A stretch of DNA of 64,000 nucleotides from an uncultured Gemmatimonadales bacterium (GTDB lineage Bacteria > Gemmatimonadota > Gemmatimonadetes > Longimicrobiales > Gaopeijiaceae): positions 1,024,001 through 1,088,000 of the forward strand of contig CAWELD010000010.1 in the NCBI GenBank assembly GCA_963809895.1. Direction: 5' to 3'. Of the stretch, positions 39,068 to 48,207 are shown piece after piece (the first letter of the stretch is position 1; every line of letters begins with the position of its first letter). The position numbers and the translations under genes were made by a program. The notes beneath the pieces are model-generated. The model had not been told where the DNA came from and ran no database searches. It saw nothing but the letters and a program-made list of their open reading frames with translations.

Positions 39068-39591
39068 CCGTTACGGTCTACGTCCGTCGCGATAATTCCC
39101 GCCATCTCTTCCCACAACGGATCACACAGACCGGGTCGCTGCACCGCGGCCTGGAAGTCGTCGTGCTCCCGACGGTACATGCGCAAGAGATCCGCTCGCT
39201 CCCGCGCGACGCACGCCCTCAGATTGGCCAACCGGTCGGCGGCCTTCACGACCAGCGCCAGGTGGTGGCGGTCGGGAGCCGCCGCCAGACGCACCAGGGT
39301 ACGCGCCTTGCGCTCACGTCGATTCCGGCCCGGGCGGTCCGTGACCAGATCGACGCAGGCGGCGACCCGTGCGCCGAATCCATCCTCCACCTCCTCCAAC
39401 GACGTCTCGGTATCCTCGACGATGTCGTGCAGGTACGCCACGACGCGTGCCCGGTCGCCGTACTCCTCGACGAGCCGCGCGACGTCGTCGAGGTGCGCCG
39501 TGTAGGGGAGGTCGCCGTACTGTTGGTTGGCGTGGCGCTCGGCGGCCAGCGCACGGGCGCGAGCCACAGCTCCGGGATCGAGGTCGTTCAT
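39064..39591 (-). CDS. Stand-alone HD-domain protein of the (p)ppGpp hydrolase/Mesh1-like type
   Basis: H..Q...PY..HL, AYLHDIVEDT, FG..VA..V..VT, VKAADRLANL. Confidence 0.85.
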   Translation of the reverse strand: MNDLDPGAVARARALAAERHANQQYGDLPYTAHLDDVARLVEEYGDRARVVAYLHDIVEDTETSLEEVEDGFGARVAACVDLVTDRPGRNRRERKARTLVRLAAAPDRHHLALVVKAADRLANLRACVARERADLLRMYRREHDDFQAAVQRPGLCDPLWEEMAGIIATDVDRNG

Positions 39592-39725
39592 CCGGGGTCC
39601 GTCCGAATTTCGTCGGTGACGTGGATGGGAATACTGTGGTCCCACACCGGGCCCGGGAACCCCCGCCCTCGCTCCCGGTATTGGACGGGTCCTGCGGTAG
39701 GACCGACTTCAGCGAGGAGACCTGT

Positions 39726-40313
39726 ATGAAGCGTGTCGTCACGCTCGGCCTGCTCGCGGGAGCGCTCACCCTGGGTCTGCCGGCTCCGTCGGCTGCCCAG
39801 GAGGGATCGGACTTCCTCCCCGTGGGCGAGATGGCCCCCGACATCCAGGTCGTGGGTGCCACCCGCTACGGAGTCCTGGAGGAGCCGCTCCACCTGAGCG
39901 ACTTTCGCGGCGAGACCGTGGTTCTGGCTTTCTTCTTCCGCGCCCGATCGCGTGGGTGAACGGTGCAAATGCAGGCGTACCGTGATCAGTACGCGAGTCT
40001 TTTCCACGATGGCCAGAACGTGGTTCTCCTGGGCATCTCCAATGATTCCCCCGCAGAGCTGGCGTCCTGGGCCGAGGACGCCGACTTCCAGTTCCTGTTC
40101 GGCAGCGACTCCGAGGGTGCGGCCTACGCCGCCTTCGGTGGAGATCCCCGCGACGATGGGATGGTGGGGAGCCGGGCCGTGATCGTCGTCGATCCGGATG
40201 GTCGCATCGCCGAGGTCATCCCGCAGTTCAACCAGGTGGATCCGGCGGCCTACGAGCAGCTCGGCGCCGCCATCGACCGGGTGACCCCCGAGCCGGCGGG
40301 CGAGGACCGGTAG
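39726..40313 (+). CDS. Probable selenocysteine-containing secreted peroxiredoxin (AhpC/TSA, BCP-like), 195 aa, Sec at TGA 39957-39959
   Basis: GAGGAG RBS; signal peptide; VGEMAPD, LSDFRGETVVLAFF..SRG-TGA-TVQM continues in the same frame into VLLGISND, FLFGSD and RAVIVVDPDGRI. Confidence 0.82.
39960..39995 (+). promoter_or_regulatory. Candidate bacterial SECIS hairpin
   Basis: GCGTAC (39975-39980) / GTACGC (39989-39994) stem with a CGTGATCA loop starting 21 nt after the UGA. Confidence 0.55.
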
Positions 40314-40340
40314 AGGTCCGAGCCCACCGGTGCGGTCCAC

Positions 40341-40374
40341 CGAGGCCCGGCGCGGGAGACCGCGCCGGGCCTCG
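40341..40374. terminator. Perfect 15-bp hairpin with GAGA tetraloop between convergent genes
   Basis: CGAGGCCCGGCGCGG-GAGA-CCGCGCCGGGCCTCG. Confidence 0.75.
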
Positions 40375-40376
40375 TG

Positions 40377-40901
40377 TCATTGGGTGGCGAGCACCGCCCG
40401 CACCGCGCCCAGCAGATCCTGGTCGGCACCCACACCGGTGTAGGCTACACGTCCCTGGGCGTCGAGGATCACCACCACCGAGGTCGTGGGCGCCTTGAAG
40501 GCCCGCACCGCGTTGCCCTTGCCGTCCCACACGTAGGGATATCCCGGATCGTGATCCTCAACGTGGCGCCTGACCCGCCGCACCGACTGGGCGACGGCCA
40601 CGGCGACCGCCACGACGTTCATGCGGTCGCCGAATTCCGACTGGATCCGGTCCATCTGGGGCTGTAGTGCCTCGCACTTCTCGCACCAGGTGGCCCAGAA
40701 CTCCACCAGGGCCGGCTTACCCCGTGTGTAGTCCATCAGCTCCACCGCGTTGCCGTCCAGATCCTCGACAGACGCCGAGGGTGCCTGGGAGCCCAACGCC
40801 GGCCCCACCTCGCCGGAGGCCTGTGCACGCAGGGTTCCGGGCCCGGCGAGGGCCAGCAGAGCGATGAGGACGGAACCGCCGGATCGGAGTTGAGAGGTCA
40901 T
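40377..40901 (-). CDS. TlpA/ResA-like exported thioredoxin
   Basis: Signal peptide; LVEFWATWCEKC; ATGA overlap with the ccdA-like stop. Confidence 0.9.
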   Translation of the reverse strand: MTSQLRSGGSVLIALLALAGPGTLRAQASGEVGPALGSQAPSASVEDLDGNAVELMDYTRGKPALVEFWATWCEKCEALQPQMDRIQSEFGDRMNVVAVAVAVAQSVRRVRRHVEDHDPGYPYVWDGKGNAVRAFKAPTTSVVVILDAQGRVAYTGVGADQDLLGAVRAVLATQ

Positions 40902-41629
40902 AGGTTGTACCCTGCGATGACGAAGTAGTATTCGGCCATTCCGAGCATGATCAGCGCCCCGATCCGCTTGGCCCACAGCATCCACGCGCCGGAGCGGGGC
41001 AGCAGTGTGACGGCTCCCGCGAAGATTCCCACCACCGCCAGGAGCGCCGTCATGCCCAGCGAGAAGGCGAACAGATAGACGAACCCCATCAAGCCGGCCT
41101 GGGTGGTCGCCACCCAGGTGAGGACCACCGCGAACGCCGGTGCGCCACAGGGGGCTGCTACGATCCCCGAGCTCGCGCCCAGCAGGAACACGGCGCCGTA
41201 GGACCCGCCGCCCTGGCGGCCGGCCCACGCGAGCAGCCGCCGGGGCACGGGCATGGGAATGACGTCGAGCATGATCAGCGCGAACAGCACCAGGACGTTG
41301 CCGATGGCGAACCTCACCCACGGGTTGGCGCTCACCGTGCCGAAGAGGGTGCCCGTGAGCCCGGCGAGGAGGCCCAGGAAGGCGTAGAGCAGTGCCATGC
41401 CCAGCACGTACGTCAGGGTCAGCGCCACCGTGCGCGCCCTGGTCTGCCGTTCCTGCGCCGTGCAGGTGATCACCGACGCGGTGATGGGAATCATGGGGTA
41501 GACGCAGGGCGTGAGGCTCGTCAGCACCCCGGCTCCGAAGAGCGTGGCGATGGCCACGAGGGGGCTCGCCGAGAGCGTCTGTGAGAGTCCGCCGGCGGAC
41601 TCGGCCTGGATCAGCGCGAAGAGGGTCAT
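40898..41629 (-). CDS. CcdA / DsbD transmembrane-domain electron transporter
   Basis: SLTPCVYPMIP, YVLGMA, AAPCGAP, LPRSGAWM. Confidence 0.9.
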   Translation of the reverse strand: MTLFALIQAESAGGLSQTLSASPLVAIATLFGAGVLTSLTPCVYPMIPITASVITCTAQERQTRARTVALTLTYVLGMALLYAFLGLLAGLTGTLFGTVSANPWVRFAIGNVLVLFALIMLDVIPMPVPRRLLAWAGRQGGGSYGAVFLLGASSGIVAAPCGAPAFAVVLTWVATTQAGLMGFVYLFAFSLGMTALLAVVGIFAGAVTLLPRSGAWMLWAKRIGALIMLGMAEYYFVIAGYNL

Positions 41630-41760
41630 GTCGGGCCCCTCCAACCCCCGCGGACCGCGGGAGGTTCCTGTTGGCGGTCACGGCATCCTTGATGCGTCGA
41701 GGGCCGAGCGCCCATGTTGCGCCACCAGCACGGAGGCTCCCCCCGGAACGAGAGGTTCCC

Positions 41761-42192
41761 ATGAAGAAGGCGACGGCACTGATCCTGGTCCCCCTCGGCA
41801 TTGGCGCCACATTGGCGTGGTCTTCGCCGCCCGGTGCACGGGCGCTCGCCGACATCCCGGTGAGCGTCGCGGTTCAATGTCAGGAGGGGCAGCCGGTGGT
41901 GACGGTGAATCCGGACCAGGTCACGGTGAACCGGGGAGACCAGGTGGTGTGGACCGCCACCGGCGCCGACTCGATCCAGATCGTGCCGGCCGGTGAGCAG
42001 TGGCCGTTCCCGGAGCTTCCTCCCAAGGCTCGGGGACGCGGGCCGGGGCAGGGCATCACCCGGTCCGGACAGCTCCCGCCCGGTCTGACTCGCGGGAATC
42101 GCTATCCGTACTCCGTGCGAGCATTTGCGTGTGGGCAGCAAGCGGACCTCGACCCCGAGATCATCATCGGCGAGGATCAGGATCTCACGTAG
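41761..42192 (+). CDS. Small secreted beta-rich hypothetical protein (cupredoxin-like topology possible)
   Basis: GAGG RBS; signal peptide; VTVNPDQVTVNRGDQVVW..YPYSV..DPEIII; two Cys. Confidence 0.7.
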   Translation: MKKATALILVPLGIGATLAWSSPPGARALADIPVSVAVQCQEGQPVVTVNPDQVTVNRGDQVVWTATGADSIQIVPAGEQWPFPELPPKARGRGPGQGITRSGQLPPGLTRGNRYPYSVRAFACGQQADLDPEIIIGEDQDLT

Positions 42193-42234
42193 TCGGGGGC
42201 TACGCTTCGATCATCCCCGGGGGGGCCGCTGGCG

Positions 42235-44496
42235 TCAGCCGCCGGCGGCCCCTTCCATCGCCTGGGCTTCGTCGTCCCGCCCCAGGGTGCGCAGAAGCCT
42301 CGCGAGGTCACGCCTGGTCTCCGCGATCTGCACGCTGTCCCCGTTGCTCTGCCGGATGGTGAGTGCCCGGCGATAGAGGGATTCCGCGTCCTGTGGACGT
42401 CCGGCGTCGCGATAGACGTTGGCCAGCCCGTTGAGGGTGATGGCCACCGAAGGATTGTCCGCGCCGTACGCGCGCTGCTTGATGTCCAGGGCCTTTTCGA
42501 ACGCGGCTTCGGCCTCCTCGTAGCGCCCTTCGGCCCAGTAGGTCTCACCCAGGTTGTTCTCGATGGCCGCGATGCGCGGGTGGTCCGGCTCCAGCGTCGC
42601 GGTCCAGATGTCCCGTGCCTTCTCGTAGGCCTGCTCGGCCTCGGGGAACTTGCCCTGATACCAGTAGAGCGCACCGAGGTTGTTGTACGCCTGGGCCAGA
42701 TCCGGATGGTCCGGCCCCAGCAATCGCTGGCGGATGGCCATGGCCCGCTCGAGGGGTCCTTCCGCGTCGGCGAAGCGCTGCTGGCGCAGGTAGAGGCCGC
42801 CCAGGTTGTTGAGGGTCAGGGCCAGCGTGGCTTCATCCGTCTCGGGCGAGGCCTCCTGGCGGGCGAGTACGTCCTTGAGCAGCGGCTCGGCCTGGTCGAA
42901 CCGTCCCGTCTCGACGTAGAGATCGGCGAGACTGCGCAGGTAGCGCAGGACCGTGGCTTCATCGGGCTCCTCGGTGTCGCGCGCCAGACCCAATGCCCGC
43001 TCGAGCACCGGCTCGGCCTCGTCGTAGGCGCCCTGCTGGCGCAGGAGAATTCCCAGGCGCTGCAGCGTCTCGGCGAGCTCGGCGGGAGCGGCTCCGCTGG
43101 ACTCGGCCAGCGCCGCGGCCCGCCGCAGCAGAGGCCGCGCGGCGTCGTACAGGCCCAGCTCCCGGTACACGTCACCCATGGTCCGCATGAGGCGCGCCTG
43201 AACGCGTGGTTGGTCCGCGAGCTCGGCATCGATGCGCTCCGCTCCGCGGTCCAGGATCTCCCGGGCCGTGATGGTGTTGCCGCGGGCCTCGCCGGGGTCG
43301 CTGACCTGGAAGAGATCGACCAGGAAGTCCGCCACGCGGCGGGCCGTCTCGGCCTCTTCTTCTGCGGTGACCTGGGCGTGGCGGGCCTGAAGCATGCCCA
43401 TGGTGGCGGCCCCGGCGCCGCCGAGGACCGCCACCAGCGCAATGCAACCCGCGATCACCGCGGCCCGATTGCGCTCCACGAAGCGGTTGAGGCGGTACGC
43501 GGCGCTGGGGGGGCGAGCCATGATCGGCTCCCGCCTCAGGTATCTCTCGAGATCCGCTGCCATGGCGTTGGCGGTCTCGTACCGGCGTGTACGATCCTTG
43601 TCCATGGCCTTGAGGATGATCCAGTCCAGGTCGCCCTTCAGCTCCCGGCGCAGGAACGAAGGCGTGGTGCGCCGCCGCCGAGCGATGGCGTCCTGGGTGT
43701 CACCCAGACTCGTCAGACGGGTGCTGGGCCGCGGAACGTCCCGCTCGCGGAGCGTCACCTGGATGGCCTGGTCGTGCTTCGACGTGAGATCGAAGGGAAG
43801 GCTCCCCACCAGCAGTTCGAAGAGAACCACGCCCAGCGAGTAGATGTCGGTGCGGGTATCCACATCGAGCCCCGACATCTCGGCCTGTTCGGGGCTCATG
43901 TACTCCGGCGTTCCCACCATCTGGCCCACGCGTGTGACCAGGGTGCGATCCGTGAGGTCGCGCCCTATGGCCTTGGCGATACCGAAATCGATGACCTTCA
44001 CCAAGGGTCGTGACTCCCGCACCGTGACCAGGATGTTGGAGGGCTTCAGGTCCCGGTGGATCACGCCCTTGTGATGCGCGTGCTGGATGGCGTGGCACAC
44101 GTCCTGGAACAGCCGGATGCGCTCCTCGGTGCTCAGCTTGTGCGTGTCCGCGTACTCCGTGATCGGCGTCCCCTGGACCAGCTCCATGACGAAGTAGGGA
44201 CGCCCGATCTCGGTGGCTCCCGCGTCGTAGACCTTGGCGATGTTGGGATGGTCCATGACCGCCAACGCCTGGCGCTCCGAGTCGAAGCGGGCCACGACGT
44301 GCTTCGTGTCCATCCCGATCTTGATGATCTTGAGCGCCACGCGGCGATGGACCGGGGCCGCCTGCTCGGCCAGGTAGACGATGCCCATGCCACCTTCGCC
44401 GAGCACGTCGAGGATCTTGTACGGCCCGATCCGCGACGGTGGGCCCAGGGGGTCGCCCGGACCCGGGACCTTGGCGAAGGGATCGTCCTTGCTCAT
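42235..44496 (-). CDS. Hanks-type Ser/Thr kinase with TM helix and TPR repeats
   Basis: GEGGMG, VALK, HRDLKPSN, DFG, GTPEYMSPEQ, DIYSLG; NNLG-type TPRs. Confidence 0.95.
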   Translation of the reverse strand: MSKDDPFAKVPGPGDPLGPPSRIGPYKILDVLGEGGMGIVYLAEQAAPVHRRVALKIIKIGMDTKHVVARFDSERQALAVMDHPNIAKVYDAGATEIGRPYFVMELVQGTPITEYADTHKLSTEERIRLFQDVCHAIQHAHHKGVIHRDLKPSNILVTVRESRPLVKVIDFGIAKAIGRDLTDRTLVTRVGQMVGTPEYMSPEQAEMSGLDVDTRTDIYSLGVVLFELLVGSLPFDLTSKHDQAIQVTLRERDVPRPSTRLTSLGDTQDAIARRRRTTPSFLRRELKGDLDWIILKAMDKDRTRRYETANAMAADLERYLRREPIMARPPSAAYRLNRFVERNRAAVIAGCIALVAVLGGAGAATMGMLQARHAQVTAEEEAETARRVADFLVDLFQVSDPGEARGNTITAREILDRGAERIDAELADQPRVQARLMRTMGDVYRELGLYDAARPLLRRAAALAESSGAAPAELAETLQRLGILLRQQGAYDEAEPVLERALGLARDTEEPDEATVLRYLRSLADLYVETGRFDQAEPLLKDVLARQEASPETDEATLALTLNNLGGLYLRQQRFADAEGPLERAMAIRQRLLGPDHPDLAQAYNNLGALYWYQGKFPEAEQAYEKARDIWTATLEPDHPRIAAIENNLGETYWAEGRYEEAEAAFEKALDIKQRAYGADNPSVAITLNGLANVYRDAGRPQDAESLYRRALTIRQSNGDSVQIAETRRDLARLLRTLGRDDEAQAMEGAAGG

Positions 44497-44580
44497 GGGC
44501 CGTGTGCTCGGTGGGGGGCGGACCAGTGATGGGATGCCGCAAGATTCCCCGGCAGGGGCGGCAAAGTCAACGCGCGGTCT

Positions 44581-44887
44581 CTAGCAGGTCGCTGAAGAAG
44601 GGGAGTACCCCGCGCGCAAGGCGCTTTCGCGCGTTCAGGCAAGGAAAGACGACGAGTCGTAGCAGCGCTACGGCGAGGAGGAGAGACGATGGATCAACCG
44701 CGGAACCGCCATGCGCCCATCCATATGCGGCCTATGAACTTGGACGGCAGTGGGTTGGGGCGGCACGGCCCCTCCTCCGTCGTTGAAGCGCCTCGACGTA
44801 GCTTTGGCTATGCCTTCGTCACTTCGCCTAGGATGAGGGGCCGTGGCGCTCCCAACGCGGGGTGCTCCCCTTCTTCAGCGACCTGCT
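44581..44887. mobile_element. MITE-like element 1 (~305 bp) with 32-bp terminal inverted repeats
   Basis: AGCAGGTCGCTGAAGAAGGGGAGTACCCCGCG (44583-44614) matches the reverse complement of 44856-44887 at 31/32; CTAG at the left end; no transposase. Confidence 0.8.
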
Positions 44888-45621
44888 CGGTGCGGCGGAG
44901 CCTCGGGAGGGCCCCAACGGATGCGGTATCCCACCTTCCGGACCGTCAGGATGTGAACCGGGTGCGCGGGATCTCCCTCGAGCTTGGCCCGGAGATTCGC
45001 GACGTGCGTGTCGATGGTGCGTGTCGGCACCGGGCGCTTGTATCCCCAGACCTCCCGGAGCAGCAGCTTGCGCGGCACCGCGGCACCCCGCGCGGCGAGG
45101 AGACGCACGAGCAGGTCGAACTCGCGGGGCGTGAGGTCCACGGGTCGGTCCATCCGCTCGACGGTGCGCGAGCCCAGGTGCACGGCCACCCGACCGAAGA
45201 CCACCGGGTCGGGAAGGGTGCTTTCCACCGATGCCGGCTCGGGGGGGCGCACCCTGCGCAGGATCGCCTCCACGCGGGCGATGAGCTCCATGACGCCCAC
45301 GGGCTTCACCACGTAGTCGTCGGCCCCCAAGCGGAAACCGCGGAGCTTGTCGAGCTGCTCCCCTCGCGCCGACAGGATGAGAACCGGGAGGTCGGACCCG
45401 CCGGCACGAAGATCCCGCAGCAGGTCGAGGCCGCTCCCTTCCGGCAACATGAGGTCGAGCACCAGGAGATTCGGCGCGGTCGTGGCCAGCAGCCTGCTGG
45501 CCGAGGGTCCGTCGTCGGCGACGTCGACGCCAAATCCGGCGGCCTCCAGGCTGCGTTGGATGGCGAGGGCGAGGGAGCCGTTGTCCTCGACGATGAGGAT
45601 CCGCTCTCGGAGGTCAGGCAT
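44875..45621 (-). CDS. OmpR-family response regulator
   Basis: ILIVEDN, LDLMLP, GADDYVVKP, LTPREFDLL, RTIDTHVANLRAK, TVRKVGY. Confidence 0.95.
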   Translation of the reverse strand: MPDLRERILIVEDNGSLALAIQRSLEAAGFGVDVADDGPSASRLLATTAPNLLVLDLMLPEGSGLDLLRDLRAGGSDLPVLILSARGEQLDKLRGFRLGADDYVVKPVGVMELIARVEAILRRVRPPEPASVESTLPDPVVFGRVAVHLGSRTVERMDRPVDLTPREFDLLVRLLAARGAAVPRKLLLREVWGYKRPVPTRTIDTHVANLRAKLEGDPAHPVHILTVRKVGYRIRWGPPEAPPHRAGR

Positions 45622-47260
45622 CGGCGGGTTCCGTCCGGCTCCCGGTGGTGGCGGGCAGCTCCACCAGGAATCGCGCGCCGCCCGTGGGGGCGTCCTCGAC
45701 GCAGGCGTGCCCTCCCGCACGCTCGGCGAGGTCTGCCACGATGGCCAGTCCCACGCCACTGCCCGTCGTGTGCGTCGCTTGAGCGTGTTCCAGACGGCGG
45801 AACGGCCGCCAGATGTCCGCGCGGGACGCGATCGGCACCCCGGGGCCCTCGTCGTCCACGACGAGCCGGACGGTCGACCCGGTCGCGGTCACCCGAATGT
45901 CGATGCGCTGCGCCTGCGGGCCGTACTTGAGGGCGTTGTCCAGGAGGTTGGACACGATCTGGCGAATGGCATCGGCGGGCGCCCGCGCCCAGGCACCGGG
46001 CGACCCGTGGAGTTGGAGGTCCGCCCCGTCGGCCAGACCCGATGCCTCGAAGCTTCGGACCGTCTCGAGGGCGACCTCGAACAGGTCCGCCTGCTCGTCC
46101 GGGTCCTGGCCGCGGTCTCCGCCTGCGAAATCCAGGAGCCGCTCCACCAGGCGGATCAGCCGCTGCGCTTCTCGCTCGATGACCTGCAGCGACGCCGCCT
46201 CCTCGCGCTGGGAGCGGAGCCCCCCCATGCGGAGCAGCTGGACGAACATGAGGATCTGCTGGAGGGGCGTGCGCAGTTCGTGGGAGACGTCGGCGACGAA
46301 GCGTTCTCGTGTATGCACCAGCGCCAATGCCCTGCGTACCTGGAGGACCGTGGCCACCAGGAGTGCACCGGCCAGGAGGACCAGCGCGGCGGTGAGCGGC
46401 AACCGCGACGGGGGAATCCCTCCGACGACCAACTGGTCGGCGACGGAGGGTCGCAGGGTGACGACGAAGGAGAGTCCGGCCAGCGGCCCGCTGGCGTCTG
46501 CCGTCCGGGTTCCCTCGAACGCGCTTCGCCATTCGACGGGTGAGCGAAAGACGGTTCGGCCCCGGGGGTCGAGAACGCGCAGGGACAGAATGGAGTCCGC
46601 TGGAGGATGCCCCACGAGGCCGGGAGGGAGGAGCACGGATGCCGATTCGGCCGTGGCGAATACGCTGCCGTTGCGCGTGGTGAAGCAGTGTGCGAGGGCG
46701 TAGGCTGCCACCGGGCGGCCGGTGGAATCGCTCTGGATGCGATAGGCAACCACACCCGGGTCCGGACCGGGAGGGAAGAGGTTGCCGTAGGGCGACACCA
46801 TCGCGTTCGTACCGCGTACGAGCACGCTGAGCGTATCGGTCAGCCACGTACGCAGGTCGGTGGGGACGGGGCCCACGATCGTCAGCCCGCTGTCCCCCGG
46901 CAGGAGGCGCGCATACCACCTGCCGCCGGGGTAGTCGGCGGCGCAGCGTTCCGCCTCGGGGGGATTCGCCGCCAGAGCTTCCGCGGTCACCGGACCCGAG
47001 CCTCTGCGCTCCGCCTGATCCGCGGCGTAGAACGCGTAGAAGAGTGTCTGCTCCAGATCGGTGGTCGCCTCGGCGGCGAGGAGCGTCGCCGCGAAATCGG
47101 CATAGTCACGCACCGTCTGCTCGGCGGCGCGACGGTGCGTCCGCTCCGCGCTCCATGCTTGCCAACCCAGCGCCCCGGCGACGGCGAGACCAAGGGACAG
47201 CGGAACGAGAATGGTGCTCGTGCGTCGAGCATGGCGGGTGGAGGAACTCGACCGGGTCAT
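45614..47260 (-). CDS. Membrane sensor histidine kinase
   Basis: Two TM segments; H-box SHELRTPL, N-box NLLDNALKY, DEGPG, GSGVGL. Confidence 0.94.
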   Translation of the reverse strand: MTRSSSSTRHARRTSTILVPLSLGLAVAGALGWQAWSAERTHRRAAEQTVRDYADFAATLLAAEATTDLEQTLFYAFYAADQAERRGSGPVTAEALAANPPEAERCAADYPGGRWYARLLPGDSGLTIVGPVPTDLRTWLTDTLSVLVRGTNAMVSPYGNLFPPGPDPGVVAYRIQSDSTGRPVAAYALAHCFTTRNGSVFATAESASVLLPPGLVGHPPADSILSLRVLDPRGRTVFRSPVEWRSAFEGTRTADASGPLAGLSFVVTLRPSVADQLVVGGIPPSRLPLTAALVLLAGALLVATVLQVRRALALVHTRERFVADVSHELRTPLQQILMFVQLLRMGGLRSQREEAASLQVIEREAQRLIRLVERLLDFAGGDRGQDPDEQADLFEVALETVRSFEASGLADGADLQLHGSPGAWARAPADAIRQIVSNLLDNALKYGPQAQRIDIRVTATGSTVRLVVDDEGPGVPIASRADIWRPFRRLEHAQATHTTGSGVGLAIVADLAERAGGHACVEDAPTGGARFLVELPATTGSRTEPADA

Positions 47261-47438
47261 GCCCTCAGCATCCGCCCGTTGCCGGCCCCGACGCAAGCGG
47301 ATGCCAGGGCTCGCAGCGTCGTGCCTCGGGATCTTTGCGAATCCTTGACGTGGGATTCACGGATCATCGACTCGGGGAGGGACCGGGAGCGCGTAGGTTT
47401 CGGACGACCTTTCCACTCACCTCCGGGAGTCGTCGGCC

Positions 47439-48185
47439 ATGCGCGCTCCGCGTTTCCTTCTCGTTCTGCTGACGGGTCTGGGTTTGGGCATCCCGTGCGC
47501 TCTCACTGCACAGATCCCGTCGGAGTTCAAGAATCTGAAGGTCCTGCCCCGGGACATTTCCCGCGACAGTCTCGTCCTTCTCATGCGGTCCTTCTCCTTC
47601 GCCACGGGTCTCCGCTGCGAGGGGTGCCACGTCATGGGCGAAGGCGGCTCGTTCCAGGGAGCCCAGTTCGATCTCGACGACAAGGAGAACAAACGCAAGG
47701 CCCGGTTCATGCTGCGCATGGTGAACCGGCTCAATGCCGAGATCCTGCCCCAGCTTCCCGATCGGGATGACCCGCCCCTGGGGGTGGAGTGCAAGACGTG
47801 TCACCGGGGGCTCCAGAAGCCCTTCCTGCTGAGGACCGAGCTGCACCGGGTGGTGAACGAACAGGGCGTCGAGGCGGCGGTGGCGCGCTACCGGGAGTTG
47901 AGGGAAACGCGCATGGGCAAGGGCATCTACGATTTCGGCGAGTGGGAGACGAACGAACTGGGCCGCGAGCTGGAAAAGGACGGGAATATCCCGGCCGCCA
48001 TCGCCATCATGGAGCTGAACGAGGAGTTCCACCCGCAGTCCAGCTCGATTCCCTTGACGCTCGGGCGCCTGTACGAGGCCACGGGGCGCCGCCAGGATGC
48101 CATCGCGGCCTACCGCCGGGTCCTCGAGCGGGATCCGAGCATCACCCGGGCGCAGGAGCGCCTCACGGCACTGGGAGGTGGGTGA
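47439..48185 (+). CDS. Secreted diheme c-type cytochrome with C-terminal TPR
   Basis: Signal peptide; KNLKVL, CEGCH, K..ARFM..M, CKTCHRG; TPR-like tail. Confidence 0.85.
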   Translation: MRAPRFLLVLLTGLGLGIPCALTAQIPSEFKNLKVLPRDISRDSLVLLMRSFSFATGLRCEGCHVMGEGGSFQGAQFDLDDKENKRKARFMLRMVNRLNAEILPQLPDRDDPPLGVECKTCHRGLQKPFLLRTELHRVVNEQGVEAAVARYRELRETRMGKGIYDFGEWETNELGRELEKDGNIPAAIAIMELNEEFHPQSSSIPLTLGRLYEATGRRQDAIAAYRRVLERDPSITRAQERLTALGGG

Positions 48186-48207
48186 CGCTCACAGGTCTCA
48201 GGGCCCC

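Noticed and set aside
47439..48185. Photosynthetic reaction-centre cytochrome as evidence of phototrophy
   Set aside because: Only two hemes plus a TPR tail, and no puf/bch genes in the window.
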